47,132 nt of DNA from Pseudomonadota bacterium (GCA_043820105.1 JBDREC010000068.1:1-47132); one strand, 5' to 3'. Positions 38,301-46,521 are shown, numbered from the stretch's first letter. Numbers and translations are program-made. The notes: a model not told the origin generated them from the letters alone.

Positions 38301-38371
38301 TCATTTGCGAATAAGCTAAATGCAATTAAAGAAAAGCAGCTTAAAAAAATAAAACTTTTTAAATATTTCAT
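35366..38371 (-). CDS. M16C metallopeptidase (presequence protease/Cym1-like) with signal peptide
   Basis: HILEHSVLRGSKKYP, FINAMTY, FLQEGW, GIVYNEMKG, IRVLGGAYG, SYRDP. Confidence 0.93.
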   Translation of the reverse strand: MKYLKSFIFLSCFSLIAFSLFANDININDKGAIIHGFKLKIIEEIKDINSTVRLFEHKQTKARLVYISNDDKNKFFSITFKTLPENNKGVAHILEHSVLRGSKKYPVKSIAGELRKGSLSTFINAMTYSDHTSYPVASMNDTEFKNMMTVYLDTVFHPLALENENIFLQEGWRYLLDDQNNKLSYNGIVYNEMKGAMSDPKRQLFTDNFKHLYSGTIYANESGGLPKDIPNLSYKEFKNFHEKYYHPSNSYIFLYGNGDIANHLSIINDLYLSKFDKKKVNSKIKMNLDYNSFKNITEYYPINKSMPTKDNTFLSLGYLIDDNLDAEDYYGLVILSYLLCNSESSPLRKAFTDAKIGKDMFATAFYEFKNPSFFIVSKNANPEDKELFLKLVNSTLTDLYKNGIDEKLLDAAINAFQFSKKSEISDNTQIGLSYMDSCLSTWLFGKDPFMTLRIEKVFNKIKQLSKKAYFEKLIKKYFIKNKKKVLLSLIPKQGLNEELELKEKNKLEKILKNLNKEEISKIKKQTSDLKKYQETKDSPEALASIPRISISDIDKETEIIPQEIKDLPGTKVLFHPIFTNNIGYVDFLIDASTLPKDLIHYGIFYLSILGQIDTINSSYIDFNNKADTYTGGIYSYLKVFTQNESIEEFTPKIRFGTSFLIENIDKAFALLKEYALMAKIEDKARIKALLKEKISGLESGISRGAINFGINKLVGNICPGMKYVDKYDLYGFYVFAKNLLENYDKNADEVINKLNKVSKLIFHKNNLLISVTSDNKSYTLFEKNIKAVLKDLPLIKAKKEKLALTGQSKNYGLIIPSNVQYVMQAGNIKKHGFMPNGHLDVLINILKNDYLYEKIRVLGGAYGSVLDYDRNGVIFLFSYRDPHILKTYETYKGIDDYMNFLDLSETELQNYIISTISSEDQPLSPSQKGRKATAMYLKGESFNENQKYRDEIISTKLNDLKSFKGLFKNINNENLILTIGGEAKINENAKLFDEIIYLMGK

Positions 38372-38461
38372 TTGATCTCCTGTTAATGATAATAGGTAGA
38401 TTTATTTACATTGAAATGTATATGGCTTGGGAAAAATAATGGCAAATGAAAATTGAATTAA

Positions 38462-38538
38462 GAGTTATGAGTGATGAGTTATGGGTAAAGAGTTAAGAGT
38501 TAAGAGTTAAGAGTTAAGGGTTATGAGTTATGGGTTAA
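38462..38538. repeat. Heptamer tandem repeat (GRGTTAW) x11
   Basis: GAGTTAT, GAGTTAA and GGGTTAT units read directly. Confidence 0.9.
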
Positions 38539-38582
38539 TAATATTATCTTAATTCGTGTTTCCATTTTAAAATTAACTTTTC

Positions 38583-38656
38583 GTCATGCTGAACTTGTTT
38601 CAGCATCCCCTGGAGGCATCTATATAATTTGGATCCTGAAATAAATTCAGGATGAC
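38583..38656. repeat. REP-like double-palindrome element (GTCAT...ATGAC)
   Basis: Arms GTCATGCTGAACTTGTTTCAGCATC and GATCCTGAAATAAATTCAGGATGAC are inverted relative to each other (21/25) and each is an internal hairpin. Confidence 0.75.
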
Positions 38657-38686
38657 ATGGCAGAAGGTGCAATTTCGTAATGAGAA

Positions 38687-39184
38687 CTAATTAGAGCTCA
38701 ATTCTTGCACTAAAGAAGCAAAAAAGGCTTTTATTTCTTCTTTTGTTATTCCAATACTTCCTGGTCTTGCTTCTAATATCTTTTTCCGATCTTCATAAAT
38801 GATTTGAAGAGGTGCTTTATTGTCATCAACTTCTGAAAAACTACCTTCACTTGCGTCTCTTGAGCCAATAAATAAGGACCAATCACTGTAATGTGAGCAT
38901 AATAAGGATACAGTTGATGCAAAAGCATTAATATATTTTTCTTGAATATCATGATCTTTCATTCTGTAAACCCAGGAGATGTTACCTAAATATGTGGGAC
39001 TTACGACATATGAGCAATCTGGATGCAAGGTTTTTATTAAACACATAGTTTCATCCAATCTATCCATGGCTGCTCGTTCTGCATCTTCTGCCATGTCCAT
39101 TATAGCATCATCAACCTGAGCAAATGTTAATGTAAATGATAATAAAAAGAAAAGTAGTGTGATAATTAAATTTTTACCGTTCAT
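38687..39184 (-). CDS. Hypothetical secreted protein
   Basis: MNGKNLIITLLFFLLSFTLTFA signal peptide; GAGGG RBS before ATG 39184. Confidence 0.65.
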   Translation of the reverse strand: MNGKNLIITLLFFLLSFTLTFAQVDDAIMDMAEDAERAAMDRLDETMCLIKTLHPDCSYVVSPTYLGNISWVYRMKDHDIQEKYINAFASTVSLLCSHYSDWSLFIGSRDASEGSFSEVDDNKAPLQIIYEDRKKILEARPGSIGITKEEIKAFFASLVQELSSN

Positions 39185-39234
39185 AGGTTTGTCCCTCATA
39201 CATGTGTTAATTAAACTTGAGGATATATAATGCG

Positions 39235-39663
39235 TTAGACGCGAGATGTCAACAATAAAATGGTGCCATAATATATTTTCCCGGGCCATTTTCCGGGTTT
39301 TTCTTGTTTTATCATCCCACCATAGACTTTACTGGTATCGCTTAATTTTAAAATAAATTTTAGGTTTTCTAGATGCTTGAAAAAGATCTTTTCAGCTTTT
39401 TCATTTATAGAAAAATCATATCCAACATAAAAATAGATTTCATTATTCTCCACAAACCCCCGAACAATTTCATCGAAAACCTTGTCATTTTGATCTCTTA
39501 TAAAACCTTTTTCAATAAACCATTCAGCATGGGATAGAGTGCTTTTCTCAGGAGCAATAAAAAGCTGATTATCAACAATTGCAAACATTCGTCTTTTACA
39601 ATGAAAATCTTTCACTTCCTTTTGATTTCCATCTATCCCATATTTCTCATCAACTTTCTTCAT
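39235..39663 (-). CDS. Hypothetical protein
   Basis: 142-aa ORF with normal composition (SHAEWF, IVRGF motifs). Confidence 0.65.
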   Translation of the reverse strand: MKKVDEKYGIDGNQKEVKDFHCKRRMFAIVDNQLFIAPEKSTLSHAEWFIEKGFIRDQNDKVFDEIVRGFVENNEIYFYVGYDFSINEKAEKIFFKHLENLKFILKLSDTSKVYGGMIKQEKPGKWPGKIYYGTILLLTSRV

Positions 39664-39843
39664 CTTAATCTCAATCTTAACCTTAAGTCATAATCTTAAT
39701 CTCCTGAATTTAATCGAAAAATGCAAGAGAAAGGTTTTTATTAAACTTTTTATTTTTTTAAGTGTAATTCGTGAACTTAAGCAAATTCAAGAAAGCCAAA
39801 ATGAACCCATCCATCTCTAATCTATTAAAAATGGAAAATTTAA

Positions 39844-40086
39844 ATTAAGTCCCATGGCATAGAAACTTCAGGAGATACGCTAGTCTTTATGTCATTAGAA
39901 TATGTGCACAGAATGGTGGAAAAAATAGAAGACTCTGAAACAAAAATATGGAGAGGAACAGATGATTTTAATAATAATGCAAAAAATAGTTTATTAGCTG
40001 CATTAGTCTTTAAATCACCCTTCTCAAATTCATTTTTCAGAAAAATTGAAACAATGACATATTCAGGAGCTGTAGTTGTTCATTGA
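39844..40086 (+). pseudogene. Probable gene fragment
   Basis: Open frame extends upstream of ATG 39889 to a stop at 39841-39843; ends YSGAVVVH. Confidence 0.35.
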
Positions 40087-40168
40087 ATTAGTTTATGAAT
40101 GTGACTCTTGATTTGATAATAAAATTACAGTAAAATTTAGATTAAGATTAAAATTGAGATTAGGATAA

Positions 40169-40507
40169 TTATCTCATTTTGCTGAGCATTTTAACGATTT
40201 GAAGGAGTTGATCTTTAAACTAGAAATATTCTTGATCTGATAAAAGATTAAATGATTCTAAAAGATCGAAGATGGCTGAAGATTCTGAAGCAGAGCCTTT
40301 AGCTATCTCAAAAAATCGCTTTCTTTCCACTGTCGATTTTCTATAAACACCTTCAGCTAGATTTAAGACGATGCTAGAAATTGCTCTTTTCAATTGATCA
40401 TTCAAGTAAGCATATCCCCTTGGCAGCTTTTTTGCAAAAGCCCGATTCGCTTCTTTTGAAACACTTAAACTCATTTGGTAACACTTAAGATTTTCATGAA
40501 TTAACAT
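40169..40507 (-). pseudogene. Four-helix-bundle protein (23S rRNA IVP / TIGR02436-like) with in-frame TAG at 40220-40222
   Basis: HENLKCYQ, LPRGYAYLNDQLKRAISSIVLNLAEG, RFFEIAKGSASE; frame continues FKDQLLQIVKMLSKMR after the TAG; GGAGG RBS. Confidence 0.85.
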
Positions 40508-40513
40508 AGTCAC

Positions 40514-40573
40514 TGACCTCCATAATTTAATTTGTCTTGCACAGTTAAAAGACAAATTAAATTATGGAGGTCA
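40514..40573. repeat. Perfect 25-bp inverted repeat with 10-nt spacer
   Basis: TGACCTCCATAATTTAATTTGTCTT (40514-40538), GCACAGTTAA, AAGACAAATTAAATTATGGAGGTCA (40549-40573). Confidence 0.95.
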
Positions 40574-40575
40574 AA

Positions 40576-40845
40576 ATGTATTACATGAATCATGAAAAGT
40601 TTAAGTGTTACAATGAGCTAGTTGAACTTTCAAAAGAAGTGAATGGGCCTGCAAAAAAGATGCCAAGGGGATATGCATATCACGGGGATCAATTGAAAAG
40701 AGCCCGTATTTCTTCAATCTTAAATCTAGCTGAAGTCTGTGCTTGTCTTGATTGTCTTAATTCTGTTGATCTTATCACTAATTCTAATTTCTTAAATCTT
40801 AAGTCCAGATTCAATTCCATCTATTCAATGATCTTCAAACTATAA
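40576..40845 (+). pseudogene. Four-helix-bundle protein paralog with internal in-frame deletion
   Basis: HEKFKCY, MPRGYAYHGDQLKRA..ILNLAE joined directly to VCACLD; lacks the G..RFF.IA.GS..E segment present in the partner copy. Confidence 0.75.
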
Positions 40846-40865
40846 TAATAAAAATAAAAAATTAA

Positions 40866-41135
40866 ATATCAGGATCACAAAGTACATTTGCTAATGATAC
40901 TAATGGATACAAAATTATTGGTTATGTTCCTGATCAAGATGTATATTCAGGAGCTGAAGTTGATTGTGACCCAGGTGAAGGTTTTGGAACTACTACAGGT
41001 TGTGGCATTTTTATTATTCAAGATTTAGATGACGATGGAACATTTGGTGTATACGCTCAACTATTTTCTCGCGATAAAGATAACACGGCTGATGCATATA
41101 AAGAAGGAACAATAACAACTGAACAAGAAGATTAA
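40866..41135 (+). pseudogene. Headless 3' gene fragment, 89 codons, no start codon
   Basis: Stop-free frame ISGSQSTFANDTNGYKIIGYVPDQDVYSGAEVDCDPGEGFGTTTGCGIFIIQDLDDDGTFGVYAQLFSRDKD..EQED*. Confidence 0.5.
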
Positions 41136-41294
41136 TTAAATTTATTTTGTGCAACTTAAAATAAAGATCTTAATCGCAATTATATTACAAAATTCAAAAT
41201 ATAAAAAGTAACAAGTCCGTCTGATTGTTATTCAGTAGAAGATACTTGCATGGATCTCAATCCGTCATTATAATCTTAATTCTTAATCTTTTAA

Positions 41295-42009
41295 CTATTT
41301 TTTTAATCCATTTACAGTAATCATTGTTCTCCACTTAAGTTGCTTTGAATAAACAGCATTATACCACATCCAATAAAAGCGATCTGCATTGAAATATGTG
41401 ATGCCATCTTGATTGCCATCAATTCTGTCATAGGGATCAGCAAAGATTAAAATATCATCATCTATTTCTTTAGTTCCAACATCATCATACCCCAAAACGG
41501 TGACATAATGCCCCCCCCCAATCTGACCAGAGAACAATCGTTGGATTATTGTTATTTATATTTTCATATAGCTTTGTAAGTTGAGAGTAATCTTCCTTTG
41601 TTTCATAGCTAAGGTTTGCAACAAATCCATTATATTTAAGCCACTTGATAATATTTGCTTCTCTAGTTCCTGGAAGCTCACCTTTTGGAATGTTTTCAAA
41701 GCCATTGGTTTTAATTTCCTTGGCAAATTTCATTTCTGTTTTTTTGGTTTGAGGGTATTTGTCCTTATTATAAAATGAAGCAACAGATAATAAAGCTGCA
41801 GGGCCACAAGTATAGTCAGTTGTTTGTTGGAATGAAATAAATTTTTCATAATCTTTAATCATTGTTGCAGTTTTATTTAAATTCTTTTGCTTAAATTTTG
41901 CTTTTCCTAAATAGGGATTTTTGCTAGCGCAGGAAGAAAAGATAAAGATTGAGATTATGATAATGATTATTCCTAAAATACTAAATAACTTTTTAGAGAT
42001 TATTTTCAT
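41295..42009 (-). pseudogene. C39-like papain-fold peptidase lipoprotein, frameshifted at a G9 tract (41511-41519)
   Basis: Lipobox IFSSC, QQTTDYTCGPAAL (catalytic Cys); WSDWGG then HYVTVLGYD..ADPYD in another frame. Confidence 0.85.
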
Positions 42010-42221
42010 AATTGTAATTTCATATTGCTGAATAATAATTTCTTCTATAATTGCAGATTTCAATTAAATCAATAGATTTTTTATCACAATGATTATGTAT
42101 CAGATTATGATTTTGATTAGGATTAAGATATTTATGGATCTATTTAAATTGACAATTCGCTAAAATTTGGAAGAAAGCTTATTATAAACCATTTTTAAAG
42201 TAATTATAATTATGAGGATAT

Positions 42222-43817
42222 ATGCAGCACATAACTGAAAAGCAAAGACTTCGCTCAGCTGGAATTATCTTGCATCCAACATCCCTGCCAAGCGAGTTTG
42301 GAATAGGGGACTTGGGTCCATCACTTTACAAGTTCCTTGATTTCACGGCAAAAGCTGATCTTACATTGTGGCAAGTTCTTCCCTTGAGCCCTGCTGATAC
42401 CGTTGGTTGTCCTTATGTTAGCTGGTCGTCGATTTCTGGAAATACTTTATTAATTGATCCTATTAATCTAAAGGATTTAGGTCTTATTGAGCAGTCTGAC
42501 CTTGAGCATGAAGAATTTGATCATGCTAAAGTTGATTTTGAAATAGTGCAAGCTTACAAAATTCCTTTGTTAAAAAAAGCTGCAAGCTCCTTGATGGAAA
42601 AAGCAAATAAAGATCTCTTTGATGAATTTCAGACTTTTAAAAAAGAAAATGAAGAGCTTTTTAATCATTGTCTTTATTCAGTAATAAAAGATCAGAATGA
42701 ACAAAAACCATGGTGGCAATGGTCTCAAGAACTTAAAAGGCCAATTAAAATAGTAATCAATGAATTGAAAAATAAATATGCTCAAGAAATAGATATATAT
42801 TTAGCAATGCAATTTCTGTTTTTTAGGCAGTGGAACTTTGTGAAAAAAGCCTGTGAAGATAAGTCTATTTCTATAATTGGCGATATCCCAATTTATGTGT
42901 CACGTGACAGTGCTGATGCCTGGCTTAATCAAAATATCTTTAAGATTGATGAAGAAGGCAATCCATCACATGTTTCAGGGGTTCCACCTGATGCTTATGC
43001 AAAAAAAGGACAGCTTTGGAACACTCCGGTTTATGATTGGGAAAAGCTTAAAAAAACTAACTATGACTGGTGGATCAGAAGAATCACAGGTCTTTTAAAA
43101 ATTTGTCATATTGTTAGAATCGACCATTTCAGAGCCTTTTCAGCCTATTGGGAAATTCCAGCAGTACAAGAAGACGCTAGGCTTGGAAAATGGGTAGAAG
43201 GTCCTGGCAAGCATTTTTTTGAAGCTATGAAAAAGCATTTTGGCTTTTTACCATTTATTGTTGAAGACCTTGGTGAAATTGATCTTAAAACAGATGAGCT
43301 TAGAACCTCATGCAATCTTCCAGGCTCAAAAGTTTTACAATTTGCTTTTGGAGGCGGTTCCTGGAATCCACACCTTCCTCACAATTATGATAAAAGGTCT
43401 GTAGCTTATACAAGTACCCATGATAGTGAAACCATGAAACAGTATTGGTCAAATGCTCCTGAACATGCAAAAGAAGAAGCCTCAACATATTTGCACTCAA
43501 ATGATGGGAACTTTGTTTGGAGAGCAATTGATGCAGTATTTGCTTCAGTGTCAGATTTTGCAATAATTCCTTTGCAGGATTTTTTAGTGCTTGGTGCTGA
43601 GGCAAGAATGAACATTCCAGGAACAGTTTCAAAAGATAATTGGTCTTGGAGGATGCGAAAAGAAGATATGAGTGATGATCTTGCTATTAGCATAAAAAGA
43701 AAAATTAATCTTTATGGAAGAAATCCAAAGATTAAAAAAGACGATCCCTTTTGTCCTGATGTGACCTCTGAAGACTGGAACAAAAAACATGAAAAACTCT
43801 TAAAGGAAATTGGCTGA
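42222..43817 (+). CDS. malQ: 4-alpha-glucanotransferase (amylomaltase, GH77)
   Basis: GIILHPTSLP, WQVLPL, GDIPIYV, GVPPD, GQLWNTP, RIDHFR, EDLG, THDSET, RMNIPG. Confidence 0.96.
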   Translation: MQHITEKQRLRSAGIILHPTSLPSEFGIGDLGPSLYKFLDFTAKADLTLWQVLPLSPADTVGCPYVSWSSISGNTLLIDPINLKDLGLIEQSDLEHEEFDHAKVDFEIVQAYKIPLLKKAASSLMEKANKDLFDEFQTFKKENEELFNHCLYSVIKDQNEQKPWWQWSQELKRPIKIVINELKNKYAQEIDIYLAMQFLFFRQWNFVKKACEDKSISIIGDIPIYVSRDSADAWLNQNIFKIDEEGNPSHVSGVPPDAYAKKGQLWNTPVYDWEKLKKTNYDWWIRRITGLLKICHIVRIDHFRAFSAYWEIPAVQEDARLGKWVEGPGKHFFEAMKKHFGFLPFIVEDLGEIDLKTDELRTSCNLPGSKVLQFAFGGGSWNPHLPHNYDKRSVAYTSTHDSETMKQYWSNAPEHAKEEASTYLHSNDGNFVWRAIDAVFASVSDFAIIPLQDFLVLGAEARMNIPGTVSKDNWSWRMRKEDMSDDLAISIKRKINLYGRNPKIKKDDPFCPDVTSEDWNKKHEKLLKEIG

Positions 43818-44234
43818 ATGAAGATAGAAATAAAATTTGTCAATTCCTGGCCCACAAAAGAAATCATTGATCTTTATAAAGCAGGGGCTTGGTGGTATGA
43901 AGAAAATAATGCAAAAAGGCTTCCTCGAATGATTGAAAACTCGTTTGCCTTTGCTGTTGCAGTGGACAAAGAAACAAAAAAAGCAATAGGAATGGGGCGA
44001 GTGATTTCAGATGGAGTTTCTGATGCCTATATTCAAGATGTTGTTGTGATGAAAGAATATCGCTCACAAGGAATTGGAAAAGAAATACTAACTAACTTAA
44101 TCAATTTCTGCAAAGCACATAAAATGGAATGGATTGGGCTAATCGCTGATGGTGACTCATACAAGTTATATGAAAAATTAGGCTTCCAAGAAATGAAAAA
44201 CCACAAGGCAATGCTTCTTTCTTCTAGTAATTAA
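43818..44234 (+). CDS. GNAT-family N-acetyltransferase
   Basis: IGMGRVISDG, AYIQDVVV, YRSQGIG, YEKLGF. Confidence 0.9.
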   Translation: MKIEIKFVNSWPTKEIIDLYKAGAWWYEENNAKRLPRMIENSFAFAVAVDKETKKAIGMGRVISDGVSDAYIQDVVVMKEYRSQGIGKEILTNLINFCKAHKMEWIGLIADGDSYKLYEKLGFQEMKNHKAMLLSSSN

Positions 44235-44703
44235 TTGCTTTCAGCATCATAGGTATAATAATCGCCAGAAAAGCTAAAGTCATAATAGGGCGCAAAATGT
44301 TTGTGATTTTATAGTTTTTATCTTTTATGGCAGTATAAGCGTGATTAGTTGATGAAAGAACTAAAAAAGATGATAACACAGTGATTATCGTAAGGTCAGC
44401 GAATAAACCCCAATTTAAAACAAATGAAATTATTGCAGCAATAGTTATTGCCAGGCTGTATAAAGCTGATTGAACTTGATAAGCTCTACTTGGAGTATAT
44501 CCAATTTTAGCTGATGCAAATTCTCCTAAAATTAAACCCTCAAAAGCTATTGTTCCAGAAAAGCCTATGATTATTAAAATGGCCATATAATGAAAAGCTT
44601 CAACAGGGTGGGCAGCTAGATAATTTGAAATAAATATAGCCAAGAAGATAATAAAAAACCTAAAATATTCTATGTATTTTGTGCATCTCGCTTTCCAGCT
44701 CAT
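44224..44703 (-). CDS. Hypothetical multi-TM membrane protein
   Basis: About five hydrophobic segments; AGGA-like RBS absent but GGAG present upstream. Confidence 0.7.
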   Translation of the reverse strand: MSWKARCTKYIEYFRFFIIFLAIFISNYLAAHPVEAFHYMAILIIIGFSGTIAFEGLILGEFASAKIGYTPSRAYQVQSALYSLAITIAAIISFVLNWGLFADLTIITVLSSFLVLSSTNHAYTAIKDKNYKITNILRPIMTLAFLAIIIPMMLKAINY

Positions 44704-44796
44704 TTTAATTCTCCAATTAATAAATTATTTAATGGCAAATATTAATAAATTAATTGTGAAATATCAAATGAACAATTGCAAGTTTCAAAACTCAAT

Positions 44797-45645
44797 CTAT
44801 TTCCTTTTGAATAACTTTAACTCAATACCTTCTTTAGTTATTTGTATTTTTCTATCTTTATAAAGCATGCCTATTGCTTTTTTAAAAGTTTGCTTGCTCA
44901 TGCCCAGCGTTTCTTTAATGGCCCCTGGCGAACTTTTATCATTTAGGCTTGATTTACCATCATTTTTTTTAAGAAAAATTATGATTTTATCTTTTGCTTC
45001 AAAAGGATTTTTATGTCCTTGAGCTTGTAAGGCAGCATCAACAAGGCCATCTTCTCTGAGCTTTTTTACAACTCCAGAGTAAGTGTCACCAATTTTAATT
45101 TGTTGAAAGATTTCATTTTTATAAATTAATCCAACAAACTTTTTGTTGATTACAACTTTATAACCTAAATTAGTGGCAAGAACTGGAACTATATTAATTT
45201 CATCACCCTGGGCAATATCAAAAAAAGATGCCTCAATATGTTTGCCTAGTTTAGTTGTTCCAAAGATTCTATTTGTTGATTCTTCTAAGCATACCCTTAC
45301 AAGGTGATATTCATTTTTTTCCACCTTAACTCTTTGCTCATTTCCTGGAACTAAAAGATCTTTTTCAAGACCCCAGTCAAAAAAAGCACCGAAATCCTGG
45401 ACATCAACTGCTTTTAATAAAGCATACTCACCAACGCAAGCATGTGGTATGTCAGGTGTAGCTATTAGGGTGCCTTTTGTAGTATGATAAACAAAAGCCT
45501 TCATTTTCATGCCAAGTTTAGTCATTAGTGGTGTCATTTGAGATGGCATTAAAACTTCATCATCTGAAGAAATGCTTTGCAGATAGAAACCTGCTTCTGT
45601 TTCTCTGTTAACTATAAAGTCGCTGACTTGTCCAACTGCAATCAT
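44797..45645 (-). CDS. CvfB/YitL-family S1 RNA-binding protein
   Basis: GAFFDWGLEKDLLVP, C-terminal winged helix DKSSP..GMSKQTFKKAIGMLYK; AGGAG RBS. Confidence 0.9.
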   Translation of the reverse strand: MIAVGQVSDFIVNRETEAGFYLQSISSDDEVLMPSQMTPLMTKLGMKMKAFVYHTTKGTLIATPDIPHACVGEYALLKAVDVQDFGAFFDWGLEKDLLVPGNEQRVKVEKNEYHLVRVCLEESTNRIFGTTKLGKHIEASFFDIAQGDEINIVPVLATNLGYKVVINKKFVGLIYKNEIFQQIKIGDTYSGVVKKLREDGLVDAALQAQGHKNPFEAKDKIIIFLKKNDGKSSLNDKSSPGAIKETLGMSKQTFKKAIGMLYKDRKIQITKEGIELKLFKRK

Positions 45646-45697
45646 GAAATCTCCTTTGAATAGAAAATAATGAAATCAATATTTCGAGTGATATTAT

Positions 45698-46174
45698 TTA
45701 ACAATAAACTACTTTAACAATGGATAATTCAATTAAACCATTAGGGGCTTTAACCTCAACATCATCTCCGACCTTGCGACCAAGCAAGGCTTTGCCAATG
45801 GGTGAAGTCCAACTAATCCTGCCAAGGCCTGCTTCAGTTTCATCAATTCCAACAATTTGATAAGTCTTAAAATCGCCATCTTCATTTTCAACTGTAACTG
45901 TTGCACCAAAGACAATGACATCAGACTTTTGTTTTTTAGGATCAATAATTTGAATAAGATCCATTCTTTTAATAAGAAAACGAATGCGTTTATCTATTTC
46001 TCGAAGCCGTTTTTTCCCATAAATATAATCACCATTTTCAGAACGATCACCATTTCCAGCAGCCCAGGCCACAACTTCCACAACCTTAGGACGTTCATCA
46101 TTAAGCAAAAAGCTCAACTCATCCCGCAGCTTTTTTTCACCTGCTGGTGTTATATAATTGGGTCTGCTGTTCAT
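45698..46174 (-). CDS. greB: Transcription elongation factor GreB
   Basis: NYITPAG, WAAGNGDRSENGDYIYGKKRLREIDKRIRFL, ISWTSPIGKAL. Confidence 0.96.
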   Translation of the reverse strand: MNSRPNYITPAGEKKLRDELSFLLNDERPKVVEVVAWAAGNGDRSENGDYIYGKKRLREIDKRIRFLIKRMDLIQIIDPKKQKSDVIVFGATVTVENEDGDFKTYQIVGIDETEAGLGRISWTSPIGKALLGRKVGDDVEVKAPNGLIELSIVKVVYC

Positions 46175-46225
46175 AGGTTTAATGTATTTGTTTATTAATA
46201 TGAACCCCTGATAGTGGAAAATTAG

Positions 46226-46384
46226 TTATTGGTCAAGAGGAGAAGTTGTCTGTTCAAAAATATACGCAATTTCCATCAGTATGTTTAATGCATATGGATG
46301 AATTTGTGCTAGTTCGCTTTCACCAAATTCAAATTGTTTGTGGATGTAATAATCTTCATCTTTGTTTTTCTCATCTAATGTCAT
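46226..46384 (-). CDS. Small hypothetical protein, 52 aa
   Basis: ATG 46384 lies just downstream of a sigma-54 promoter; no clear RBS. Confidence 0.4.
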   Translation of the reverse strand: MTLDEKNKDEDYYIHKQFEFGESELAQIHPYALNILMEIAYIFEQTTSPLDQ

Positions 46385-46412
46385 GAAAATCTTATCGCTA
46401 AACAAGTTATCC

Positions 46413-46429
46413 AGCAAATCAAGTGCCAG
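46413..46429 (-). promoter_or_regulatory. Sigma-54 (-24/-12) promoter
   Basis: Minus strand CTGGCACTTGATTTGCT, near-consensus. Confidence 0.7.
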
Positions 46430-46521
46430 TTTGCCATTTAGCCATTTTTCATCCCAAATTACTTGACAATGAATACTATGGAATTGTATATTTACATCAT
46501 ATTTAAGTAAAAGGATTTATC

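Noticed and set aside
40169-40845. 23S rRNA intervening sequence
   Set aside because: No rRNA sequence flanks the four-helix-bundle genes.
39844-41135. Diversity-generating retroelement (Avd-like fold plus a near-identical 20-nt pair differing at an A)
   Set aside because: No reverse transcriptase in the window, and the match is far shorter than a TR/VR pair.
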